Source: an uncultured Bacteroidales bacterium (GTDB lineage Bacteria > Bacteroidota > Bacteroidia > Bacteroidales > UBA3663). From it: DNA of 64,000 nt. Under the pieces are notes generated by a model. It ran no database searches. It saw only the letters and a program-made list of their open reading frames with translations, and was not told the origin of the DNA. Position numbers and translations under genes: made by a program. The stretch spans positions 32,278 through 96,277 of the forward strand of contig CAMPAQ010000012.1 in assembly GCA_946631995.1 (NCBI GenBank). The letters are read 5' to 3'. Positions 1-9,189 of this stretch are shown in pieces (within the stretch, counting starts at the first letter, position 1; each line of letters opens with the position of its first letter).

Positions 1-2
1 TA

Positions 3-677
3 TTTCTTTCTACGCTTTTTTCTATAATATCAGCAGATACAATAGTTTATTTATCTCAAACAGGCCTTGTTTTCTGGGGATACGGTGAGGAGGAATTATT
101 TCCTTCATATTATCACTATGAAGTCTCTTTAGCTTTTGACAACAAAATAAAATATGTAGAGCTGAGTAACTATGAAGTTTCTAATCAAAAAAACGCTTGT
201 GTTGCTCCGTTCGCTCAAACGGATGTGTCCAACACTGTAGTCAGAGGTATTGACCAAAAATTAAGAGATACCATTAACAAGAGTTTATTATTAGCATTTG
301 ATGGCTTTAGAAACAACATTATAGATGTACTATCCCAAGCAGGTGCTCCGGATACTTTACTAGATGCATTACGTAATATTGAAATATCCAACCAAACAAG
401 TTCATTTATTAGTTTTTTAAATGATTATATCCAAAACAACTATATTGACAAACTTTTGAACACTGTTGCTTTCTTGTCAAAAGAAGACCTTGCAGATATG
501 GCAGAAAGTCTTGTACGTATGACATGTTTAAAAAGGCATATTACAACTGATGAAGAAAGTGTTGGGGGACCAGTAGATGTAGCTGTAATAACAAAAGGAG
601 ACGGTTTTATATGGATAAAGCGAAAACATTATTTTAATAGAGAACTTAATCCTCACTATTTCGAACGACAAAAATAA
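3..677 (+). CDS. 5'-truncated conserved hypothetical protein, probable proteasome-beta/Ntn-hydrolase-like fold
   Basis: Frame is open from the window edge (…TGLVFWGYGEEELFPS…APFAQTDV…) to the C-terminal motif ESVGGPVDVAVITKGDGFIWIKRKHYF, which resembles the proteasome-beta 'SGG-vdv-vi' strand. The N-terminus, and so any catalytic Thr1, lies outside the window. Confidence 0.6.
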   Translation, partial: FLSTLFSIISADTIVYLSQTGLVFWGYGEEELFPSYYHYEVSLAFDNKIKYVELSNYEVSNQKNACVAPFAQTDVSNTVVRGIDQKLRDTINKSLLLAFDGFRNNIIDVLSQAGAPDTLLDALRNIEISNQTSSFISFLNDYIQNNYIDKLLNTVAFLSKEDLADMAESLVRMTCLKRHITTDEESVGGPVDVAVITKGDGFIWIKRKHYFNRELNPHYFERQK

Positions 678-850
678 TGAATATGGCAACAATTTATTCC
701 AACAAAAATTCAAGCAAAAACGCATTGGCGGCATCTCAACATATTAAAAATGGTGATTATGAAAAATCTCTATCATTCGAAAAATTCCAAAAGGAGATGA
801 AAGAGACAATAAAAAGAGATTTATTTTGTGTAAAGAAAATTAAATGGTAG
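677..850 (+). CDS. small 57-aa hypothetical protein, translationally coupled to the upstream gene
   Basis: ATG overlaps the upstream stop (TAATG at 675-679). Hand translation: MNMATIYSNKNSSKNALAASQHIKNGDYEKSLSFEKFQKEMKETIKRDLFCVKKIKW. Below the ORF-track cutoff. Confidence 0.45.
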   Translation: MNMATIYSNKNSSKNALAASQHIKNGDYEKSLSFEKFQKEMKETIKRDLFCVKKIKW

Positions 851-943
851 TTCGTAATATAAACATACCATTCTTGGAAACAAGGACAAAATGCTTTCAA
901 TGCAAAAAAATGGGTCGTTGAACTTAATGTCATTTATAAGAAT

Positions 944-3586
944 ATGGAACAAAAAAAAATTATTAAATGCTTTATTGCTTCACCTGGTGATACTACGGCA
1001 GAGCGTAATATATGCGAGAAAGTATTTGCTGAAATAAACAATGGCATTGGAGTACCATATGGATTTGAACTCCAATCATTAAGATGGGAAAATGATGTTT
1101 ACCCAGCAATTGGAGAAGATGGGCAAGATGTAATAAATCGCCAAATAGAAGACAAATACGATTTATTCATTGGTATAATGTATACTAAATTTGGTTCTCC
1201 AACAAACCGAGCCGAGTCTGGTACCGTCGAAGAGTTTGAGATTGCGTATAAGAAAGCACAAGAATTAAAGAACATGGAGATCATGTTCTACTTCAATGAC
1301 GAAGCTATCAATCCTAGTAAGATAGATATTGAACAATATCAGAAAGTCCGCTCTTTCCGGGATCAGGTGGTGGGCCAAAAATGTATGTATTCAGTGTATG
1401 ATGGAATTGATGATTTCGAAGAAAAATTGCGTAAGCATCTGAACAAATACTTCAATGACCATTATACAAGCGATAATCGAAGTGATGCAGAACGTTTAAC
1501 TCGTGTGCATTTCATTTTAGAAGAAAGGCTAAATAAGGCTTTAAAATTGTTTAGTGGTCAACCTCGGATTTGGGTTGATCCAATAATAAGTTCCAGAAGT
1601 GAAATTTCTATTAATCCTGATGATAACGAAGTTGAACATGTAGATGTAGCCGATATTATTGCAAATCCGTCGTCTATTATTATTTCTGCTCCGCCACAAT
1701 TTGGCTTGACATGTTTGTCACATTATATGGTATTAGAAGCATGGAAGAAAGGATCACATTGGCTATATATTGATTCTAGAAAGTTGAAAGCAAACAATAT
1801 CGAGCAATACATTAACAACGATTACCAGGATTTAGGGATTGATACTAATATCCCTATTGAGGCTGTAGTTTTAGATGAGTGGTCCCAGACAGAAGGCGGT
1901 ACCTTAAAAAAGCTAAAAGCTGTTTGTGATATTTTCGCCGACATTCCAGTATTGTTAATGCGTACTGTAGAGGGGACAAAATTTTTAAAAGGAAAACTTG
2001 AGGATGTAAAAATAGAAAGAGAATTTAGTTCTTTTACTCTTCTTCCAATGACACGTAGCCAAGTTCGCTTTGTGGTGACAGAGTATAACCATGTCGCCAA
2101 AATAGCCGATGATGAAACATTATTGGAGAAGATTGTAAACGATATTGCAACACTAAATATTCACAGGACACCACAGAATTGTCTTACGCTATTGAAAGTT
2201 GACGAGAAAAAGTTTGATAACAATCCTGTTAATAGATGCCAGATGCTGGAGGATGTCTTGTATGTTCTTTTCGAATTTTCAGATTTACCAAAGTATAACA
2301 CTACACCTGACGTAAAAGATTGTCAGTTTGTTATGGGGTGCTTTTGCGAAATGTTAATTCGTGAGAACCGCTCAGAATTTACAACTGACGAATTCTTTAG
2401 AAAATCAAGAGGTTTTTGTGATACGAACCTAATTAATCTAAATGTTAAATCCTTGTACGATATACTATTACAAAATAGCATCATACTTGAGATGGATGGA
2501 CATGTGTCTTTTAAATCTGCTTTTTGGCTGCTATATTTTGCGGCCTTAAGGATGCATGCCAACAATGATTTTGCTAATTACATTTTTATTTCAAAGAAGT
2601 ATTTAGATTATCCAGAAATTATAGAGTTTTACACGGGAATTGATCGTAACAGAACAGATGCGTTAACTGTCTTGTTGCAAGATATCAAAAGCACGTGTGA
2701 TACAGTATTTGCAAGGATATCAATACCAGACTCTTTTAATCCTTATCGTTTTGCAAAATGGAATCCTGCATCTCAGCATATAGAACGTATGCAGCAGGAA
2801 GTTAGTGATATGGTTTTAAGTTCTGGTTTGCCTGTAACAATAAAAGATAGATTTCAGGACAATCATTATAATCAGTTAACACCATATAATCAGAATGTCG
2901 TTATTCATGAATTCTTTGAGGAATATTATGTATATAATTTGATGCAGGAGATAAAATCCTCATCTAGAGCCTTAAGAAATAGTGACTATGCTGATGCTTC
3001 CATAAAAAAAGAATTATTGCAAGAAATTCTCCGTGGATGGTTACAAATTGCAAAAGTTCTCTTTGCCCTTATACCTGTTTTAGCAGCAAAAGGGCGTGCA
3101 GAATATGGAGGTGCTGGTTTTTTGCTTTCTGATGATTTTGGAGAAACAGAGGAGGAACGAGCAAAAAATATACTATTTGTCATTCTTACTAATGTTGTTG
3201 GCTTTTTCAAAGAGGATATTTATGCTTCTAAAGTAGCCCCATTATTATATGATGCATTTGAGCATCCTTCTACACCTTTGGTAAAACAGCAGATAGCAAT
3301 TCTTCTTATTATTAGTAGACCTCCAAAATGGTATTCTTATATTGAGAAATATATAATTGATTTGCCCAAAGACTCTTTTTTCTTATTTGAAATCTTAAAT
3401 GAAATGAGAGCCCAATATCGTTTCGGATTTCTTGATGACAGCGATTTGAGAGCATTTCCTACATTAATAAAAAAGTGCTTAGCAAAGCATGACTACGGAG
3501 TAAAAAATCCAGACCTCGGACTAATTAACAAAATACCATCATCTATTTTGCCTAAACGAGAAGATGGCGAAACCTCTAAAGTATAA
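944..3586 (+). CDS. DUF4062 (TIR/NDT-like) domain + STAND-like P-loop NTPase with degenerate Walker A + helical C-terminus
   Basis: N-terminal CFIASPGD..ER, RWE, DLFIGIMYTKFGSPT..AESGTVEEF fits the DUF4062 pattern. SAPPQFGLT sits at the Walker A position with K->L; Walker B is VVLDEW. Very AT-rich. Confidence 0.7.
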   Translation: MEQKKIIKCFIASPGDTTAERNICEKVFAEINNGIGVPYGFELQSLRWENDVYPAIGEDGQDVINRQIEDKYDLFIGIMYTKFGSPTNRAESGTVEEFEIAYKKAQELKNMEIMFYFNDEAINPSKIDIEQYQKVRSFRDQVVGQKCMYSVYDGIDDFEEKLRKHLNKYFNDHYTSDNRSDAERLTRVHFILEERLNKALKLFSGQPRIWVDPIISSRSEISINPDDNEVEHVDVADIIANPSSIIISAPPQFGLTCLSHYMVLEAWKKGSHWLYIDSRKLKANNIEQYINNDYQDLGIDTNIPIEAVVLDEWSQTEGGTLKKLKAVCDIFADIPVLLMRTVEGTKFLKGKLEDVKIEREFSSFTLLPMTRSQVRFVVTEYNHVAKIADDETLLEKIVNDIATLNIHRTPQNCLTLLKVDEKKFDNNPVNRCQMLEDVLYVLFEFSDLPKYNTTPDVKDCQFVMGCFCEMLIRENRSEFTTDEFFRKSRGFCDTNLINLNVKSLYDILLQNSIILEMDGHVSFKSAFWLLYFAALRMHANNDFANYIFISKKYLDYPEIIEFYTGIDRNRTDALTVLLQDIKSTCDTVFARISIPDSFNPYRFAKWNPASQHIERMQQEVSDMVLSSGLPVTIKDRFQDNHYNQLTPYNQNVVIHEFFEEYYVYNLMQEIKSSSRALRNSDYADASIKKELLQEILRGWLQIAKVLFALIPVLAAKGRAEYGGAGFLLSDDFGETEEERAKNILFVILTNVVGFFKEDIYASKVAPLLYDAFEHPSTPLVKQQIAILLIISRPPKWYSYIEKYIIDLPKDSFFLFEILNEMRAQYRFGFLDDSDLRAFPTLIKKCLAKHDYGVKNPDLGLINKIPSSILPKREDGETSKV

Positions 3587-3693
3587 GAAATACAGAAGAA
3601 TTAAATACCAACTTGTAGATAAATAATTCTTAAGATGATTCTCAACCATGTTTGTGGTTCTAAAACAAGATAAAAGGTAAATTAGAAATTAAA

Positions 3694-5144
3694 ATGATTG
3701 GAAATATCGACATACTGGTAAAAGAACTCTGCAAACTTCCCAAGGAAGTTGGCTGGGTTGAGTTTAAGCATAACAATTGCGAGCCAACAATGGTTGGTGA
3801 GGATATTAGTGCTCTCGCAAATAGTGCGACGTTAAACGATCGTGATTATGCCTATATGATTTGGGGCGTGGATGATGGTACTCATGAGATTATTGGTACC
3901 AAAGTGCACCTTCAGCTTGAAAAGAAAGGTGAACAGGAGTTGGAGAACTGGCTTCGATACCTTCTTTCCCAAAATGCTGATTTCGAATTCTATGGTGCAG
4001 ACATAGACGGGAAGCATGTGGAGTTGATTCGAATCCACAAGGCACTCAATGAACCTGTTTCATTCCAGAAGATAGACTATATTCGTAGTGGCAGCTACAC
4101 AAAGAAACTGCATGAGTTTCCCGTATTCCGTGCTCAGTTATGGGACAAGCTACGTCATGCCCAGTTTGAAGACGTTTGTGTAAAGACAGACCAAAGGTAT
4201 GAGGATATTATCAGATTGCTCCAAGTGGATGCATACTTTACCTTGTTGAAGATACCACAGCCAGCAGAGAAGGAGGCTGTTGTGCATTATTTGAACGAGG
4301 ACGAAATCATCCAGAAGCAAGATAATGGTCTTTATTCAATAACGAACTTAGTGCCCTACTATTTGCAAAGGATCTAAATGAGTTTGCCCGTTTAGGCCGT
4401 AAGGCTATGCGCGTGGTTCAGTATAAGGGTATCAACCGCTTGCTGATTCAGAAAGAAGAATCATTTGTACAAGGCTATGCTGTTTGCTTTGAGAATATCG
4501 TGCGTTATGTGAATGCTCTATTGCCAAGTAACGAGGATGTAAATGCTGTCCAACTGTCAACAACAAGCAAATTCCCGTTGCCATCCGTAAGAGAAGCCAT
4601 CGCAAATAGTCTTATTCATCAAGACCTATACATAACAGGGGCAGCTCCTGTAGTGGAGATATTCGACAATCGTATTGAGGTGACGAATCCTGGTACTCCA
4701 TTGGTAGATGTACTTCGTATCATTGATAACCCTCCGAAGTCTCGAAACGAAAAACTTGCTTCTCTCATGCGTCGATTAAAGATGTGTGAGGAACTTGGCC
4801 GTGGATGGGACAGAATGGTGCTGGCTTGTGAAGCTCAATATCTTCCAGCTCCTCGCATTGAAGTTTTCCAAGATAGCACCAAGGTTACTCTTTTCTCTGA
4901 AATGGAGTTTAGCAATATTCCGATGGAGGACAAACTGTGGTCATGCTATCTACATGCATGTCTAATGTATATACAAGGTGATGCTTTGACAAACAAGTCT
5001 CTTAGAGACAGGTTTGGCATTCCTGAAACATCATCCAGCAGTTCTTCTAGATTAATCAAGGAAGCGATTGGAAAGAACTTAATAAAAGTACTTGACCCCA
5101 ATACAGCTCCTCGTTATATGAAGTATATCCCAATTTGGGCATAG
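3694..5144 (+). pseudogene. AlbA_2/Schlafen-like + HATPase_c_4 (RecG C-term-like) + wHTH protein, split by a 1-bp frameshift near 4351
   Basis: WVEFK…ISALANSA…IWGVDD in ORF1; REAIANSLIHQD, IEVTNPG, SRNEKLA, EELGRGW in ORF2. Restoring one G at ~4351 gives the continuous SITNL-GALLFAKDLNEFARLGRKAMRVVQY. Confidence 0.8.
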
Positions 5145-5145
5145 A

Positions 5146-5279
5146 TTTAACTTGCCGGTAACTTGCTGGCAACTTGCCGAAACACCAATAATAAAGTTCG
5201 TAATATTGCCAAATTGCTGATATTAAGGAAGATAAATAATTAAGTTTAACTTGCCGGTAACTTGCTGGTAACTTGCTAA
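5146..5279 (+). repeat. two triplets of 11-bp direct repeats (TAACTTGCYGG) upstream of the XRE gene
   Basis: 5148-5180: TAACTTGCCGG/TAACTTGCTGG/CAACTTGCCGA. 5247-5279: TAACTTGCCGG/TAACTTGCTGG/TAACTTGCTAA. Confidence 0.85.
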
Positions 5280-5301
5280 AGAACTAAAAATAGATATAAA
5301 C

Positions 5302-5598
5302 ATGTTATTCGGAGATAAGATTAAAGAGCTCAGAGAAGAGCAAGGTTTGTTGCAACGACAGTTGGCAGCATTCTTAGAGATTGACACCCCAATGTTCAGT
5401 AAGATTGAACGTGGTGACAGAAGAGCAAAGCGTGAGCAGGTCATCAAGCTTGCAGAGTATCTTCATCAGGATGAAAAGGAAATGCTTACCTTGTGGTTAG
5501 CAGACAAGTTCATTGATGCTGTTGAAGACGAGCAGGATCGGGACTTGTGTAACGATGCTATTATTATAGCACAGGAGAAAATCAAAGTATCAAAATAA
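5302..5598 (+). CDS. XRE-family helix-turn-helix regulator
   Basis: FGDKIKELREEQGLLQRQLAAFLEIDTPMFSKIERGDR is a typical HTH_3 pattern. Confidence 0.9.
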   Translation: MLFGDKIKELREEQGLLQRQLAAFLEIDTPMFSKIERGDRRAKREQVIKLAEYLHQDEKEMLTLWLADKFIDAVEDEQDRDLCNDAIIIAQEKIKVSK

Positions 5599-5752
5599 CG
5601 ATACACCTAATTCATAACAGGAAGGATGCCCCTCGTCTTTATTTTTCCAAAGAGATTACCATCAAAGCGACATATTTGATAGCCACCATTCTTGATGGCT
5701 CCCAAGAACACCATTTTTTCAACATCTGATAACGTTTTCTTATTTCCAAGCC

Positions 5753-6259
5753 TCAGAACTTCGGGCGCGGATCCCACTCGAATTCGACGACATGGCCGGC
5801 CTTGAGTGAGGCCTGCACATCGACCAGACGCTGGTTGCGCGAGCCACGAAACATCAGGTCGAGGTCGCGCTCGGACTGGACGAACGGGCCATCGACCAAA
5901 ACCTCCAGATAGGGCAGCATCCGGCTCATTGCGGCATCGGCCAGAACCTCGTCGAACGTGAAGCCGGTGTAGCACCAGACGGTGCGGTGCAGTTCGGACG
6001 TGATGCGGCGGGCCAGTTCGGTGAATGCCTCGGCCTGATACATTGGGTCGCCGCCGGAAAACGTGATGTTGCCCTCGGTGCCTGCAAGCCGGTTGAAGAT
6101 GTCATCGACCGAAACGGCCTCGCCAGCCGTGAACGACCATGTTTCGGGGTTGTGGCAGCCCGCGCAGGCATGTCGGCAGCCGGCACAATAGACGCTGGTG
6201 CGCCACCCGGGACCATCGACGGTGGTGTCTTCAACGATGCGGATGAGTTGGATTTCCAT
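5753..6259 (-). CDS. nrdG: anaerobic ribonucleoside-triphosphate reductase activating protein (radical SAM)
   Basis: VDGPGWR, CxxxCxxC (CRHACAGC), SGGDPM, VLVDGPF, FRGSRNQR. Start reassigned to MEIQLIR. Confidence 0.95.
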   Translation of the reverse strand: MEIQLIRIVEDTTVDGPGWRTSVYCAGCRHACAGCHNPETWSFTAGEAVSVDDIFNRLAGTEGNITFSGGDPMYQAEAFTELARRITSELHRTVWCYTGFTFDEVLADAAMSRMLPYLEVLVDGPFVQSERDLDLMFRGSRNQRLVDVQASLKAGHVVEFEWDPRPKF

Positions 6260-6444
6260 ACAAAAAAACAATTGCAAAAAATTATTCAAGGACGGCCGAA
6301 ATGGCATTTCTGCACACGATTGCACGCGCATCGGCCATCGGCGAAGATAGGTATTTTACATGTCCGACAAACCAAAACATCAGAATTAAGGACATAAAAG
6401 TAGGTATTTGAAAGGCAAACGGGCAAGGCAAGGGGAAAATTGAT

Positions 6445-6452
6445 TATATTTG
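6445..6452 (+). promoter_or_regulatory. Bacteroidetes -7 promoter element TAnnTTTG upstream of thrA
   Basis: TATATTTG about 95 bp upstream of the thrA ATG. Confidence 0.55.
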
Positions 6453-6545
6453 CGCCCCAAAAAAAGATAATTGACAAGTCAATTCGGTCACACATCGGCC
6501 GAACCGTAATTTGTAATTAGTAATTCGTAATTTATCTTAGCATAT

Positions 6546-8981
6546 ATGCACGTATTGAAGTTCGGAGGCACCTCGGTGGGCTCCATCGCAAGCATCAAGA
6601 ATGTCAAACAAATCGTCGAGAGCCGCAACGAACCCGTCATCGTCGTCGTTTCGGCACTGGGCGGCATCACCGACCGCCTGATTGCAACGGCCAACAAGGC
6701 TGCTGCGGGCGACAAGACATTCGAACAGGAATTTGAGTTCATCCGCCAGCGTCATTTCGACGTAGTGAACGGCCTGCTTGACGGTGAAGACCTCACCGCC
6801 GTGAAACTCTTCATTACGGGCACATTGGACGAGCTTAGCAACATCTATCACGGCATCTACCTGATCCGCGAACTGTCGGCCAAGACGCTCTGCACCGTGG
6901 TCAGCTACGGCGAACGCATCTCAAGCCGCATCATCGCCACCGTCATCAACGGCGCGAAATGGGTTGACAGCCGCGAAATCATCAAGACGGTCAACGTGTA
7001 TGGCAAGAACGTGTGCGATTTCGACGCTACGAATCCGAATGTCATCGGCCAATTTGCCAACCACAAGGGCATTGCCGTGATGGGCGGCTTCATCTCGAGC
7101 GACAGCAAGACGGGCGAGGTGACCAACCTGGGTCGTGGCGGTTCGGACTACACCGCAGCCATCGTGGCAGCCGCGCTCAATGCCGAGCTGCTCGAAATCT
7201 GGACCGATGTGGATGGCTTCATGACGGCCGATCCGCGCGTCATCAACACGGCCTACGTGATTCCTGAGCTGTCGTTCGTCGAGGCGATGGAGCTGTGCAA
7301 CTTCGGCGCGAAGGTGATCTATCCGCCGACAATCTTCCCTGTCTATCACAAGAACATCCCGATCGTCATCAAGAATACGTTCAACCCCGACGCGCCGGGC
7401 ACCTTGATTCATGCCAATCCGAAGCATGTGAGCGGCAAGTTCATCAAGGGCATTTCGTCAATCAACGACACGGCATTGGTCACCATCTCGGGTCTCGGCA
7501 TGGTGGGCGTGACGGGCGTGAACAAGCGCATCTTCTCGACATTGGCCGACAACGGAATCTCGGTGTTCCTCGTCAGCCAGGCATCGAGCGAGAACTCATC
7601 GACCATCGGCATGAAGAACGGTGACGCCGACCGCGCCGTCGAAATCCTGCGCCGCGAGTTTGCCAAGGAGCTTGAATTCGGCGAAATCAACAGCATCACG
7701 GCCGAGCATGACTTGGCCACAATCGCCATCGTGGGCGAACGCATGAAGCAGACGCCGGGCATCGCCGGCAAGCTGTTCCGCATCCTGGGTCAGAACGGCA
7801 TCAACGTCATCGCCTGCGCGCAGGGTGCATCGGAGACAAACATCTCGTTCGTGACGACAAAGGAGAGCCTGCGCAAGGCCATCAACGTCATCCACGACTC
7901 GTTCTTCCTGTGGGACTACAACGTGCTGAACATCTTCCTGACGGGCGTGGGTCTCGTGGGCCGCAGCCTGCTCGAACAGATCCACAAGCAGCAGGAATAC
8001 CTGTTGCAGCACCGCAACCTGAAGCTCTGCGTCGTCGGCCTGAGCAACAGCCGCCACTGCATCTTCAACCGCGACGGCATCGACCTCGCCACTTGGGAGG
8101 AGCAGCTGAACGCGAGCACCGAGCCATCGACGCCGGAAATCATCCGCGAGAAGATTACCGAGATGAACGTCTTCAACGCCGTGTTTGTCGATTGTACTGC
8201 ATCGGCCGAAATCGCCAACATCTACGAGTCGATGCTCCAGCACAACATCAGCGTCGTGTGCGCCAACAAGGTGGCCGCTTCGGGCGACTACGAGAACTAC
8301 CGCCAGCTGAAGCGCACCGCCCGCAAACGTGGCATCAAATATCTGTTTGAGACCAACGTCGGTGCCGGTCTGCCGCTCATTTCAACCATCAACGCCCTGC
8401 GCAACTCGGGCGACGAAATACTGAAGATCGAGGCCGTCGTTTCGGGTACGCTGAACTACATCTTCAATGTGCTTTCGGCCGATGTCCCGATGAGCAAGGC
8501 CATCCGCATGGCACGCGAGGCCGGATATGCCGAGCCCGATCCGCGCATGGACCTGAACGGCAGCGACGTCATCCGCAAGATTGTCATCCTGTCGCGCGAG
8601 GCCGGCTACAAGATCTCGAAAGAGGATGTCGAGAAGCATCTGTTCATCCCCGACGAGTACTTCGAAGGCCCGGTCGAGGAGTTCTGGCAGAAGATTCCGC
8701 AGCTTGACGCCCACTTCGAGCAGATGCGCCAGAAGGCCGAAAAGGAGCGTCACCGCTTCCGCTTCGTTGCCACACTGGAGGACGGCAAAGCCCGCGTAGA
8801 ACTGCGCGAGGTCGATGACCAGCATCCATTCTACCGCTTGGAAGGCTCGAACAACGTCATCCTGCTCACCACCGCGCGCTACAAGGAGCAGCCGATGGAA
8901 ATCAAGGGCTACGGCGCAGGTGCCGCAGTGACCGCCGCCGGTGTCTTTGCCGACATCATCAGCATCGCGAATATCAGATAA
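6546..8981 (+). CDS. thrA: bifunctional aspartate kinase/homoserine dehydrogenase I
   Basis: VLKFGGTSV, LGRGGSDYTA, ACT domains, GVGLVG, ETNVGAGLP, GYGAGAAVTAAGVFAD. Confidence 0.97.
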   Translation: MHVLKFGGTSVGSIASIKNVKQIVESRNEPVIVVVSALGGITDRLIATANKAAAGDKTFEQEFEFIRQRHFDVVNGLLDGEDLTAVKLFITGTLDELSNIYHGIYLIRELSAKTLCTVVSYGERISSRIIATVINGAKWVDSREIIKTVNVYGKNVCDFDATNPNVIGQFANHKGIAVMGGFISSDSKTGEVTNLGRGGSDYTAAIVAAALNAELLEIWTDVDGFMTADPRVINTAYVIPELSFVEAMELCNFGAKVIYPPTIFPVYHKNIPIVIKNTFNPDAPGTLIHANPKHVSGKFIKGISSINDTALVTISGLGMVGVTGVNKRIFSTLADNGISVFLVSQASSENSSTIGMKNGDADRAVEILRREFAKELEFGEINSITAEHDLATIAIVGERMKQTPGIAGKLFRILGQNGINVIACAQGASETNISFVTTKESLRKAINVIHDSFFLWDYNVLNIFLTGVGLVGRSLLEQIHKQQEYLLQHRNLKLCVVGLSNSRHCIFNRDGIDLATWEEQLNASTEPSTPEIIREKITEMNVFNAVFVDCTASAEIANIYESMLQHNISVVCANKVAASGDYENYRQLKRTARKRGIKYLFETNVGAGLPLISTINALRNSGDEILKIEAVVSGTLNYIFNVLSADVPMSKAIRMAREAGYAEPDPRMDLNGSDVIRKIVILSREAGYKISKEDVEKHLFIPDEYFEGPVEEFWQKIPQLDAHFEQMRQKAEKERHRFRFVATLEDGKARVELREVDDQHPFYRLEGSNNVILLTTARYKEQPMEIKGYGAGAAVTAAGVFADIISIANIR

Positions 8982-8982
8982 A

Positions 8983-9188
8983 AAAGGAGTTAAAAGGAGT
9001 TAGCTGGAGATAACAGACGGTGTCTGTGTAGTTAACTGACATTTGATATTGCTATCAAGTTTTCCGACGACAAGTAGTATCGTCCGTTAACTCCCGATAA
9101 CTACCATTAACTCCCAATAACTCCCTAAAAGTATCGTCCCTTTTACTCCTCTTTCACTCCCTTTTCACTTCCCTTAAATACCCTTTAA
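8983..9188. repeat. intergenic inverted-arm repeat (GGAGTTA/GGAGTAAAA tandem arms with GGACG…CGTCC inner ends)
   Basis: Tandem AAAAGGAGTT units on the left; CGTCCGTTAACTCCC and CGTCCCTTTTACTCC units on the right. Same family at 10482-10825, 12205-12365, 16172-16267, 38768-38925 and 60771-60890. Confidence 0.8.
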
Positions 9189-9189
9189 A

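Noticed and set aside
5146-5279. Possible CRISPR array
   Set aside because: Units are 11 bp and contiguous with no unique spacers; no cas genes in the window.
6260-6545. Thr attenuator or riboswitch in the nrdG-thrA divergent spacer
   Set aside because: No Thr/Ile-rich leader peptide or terminator hairpin was found; only promoter-like motifs and a heptamer tandem.
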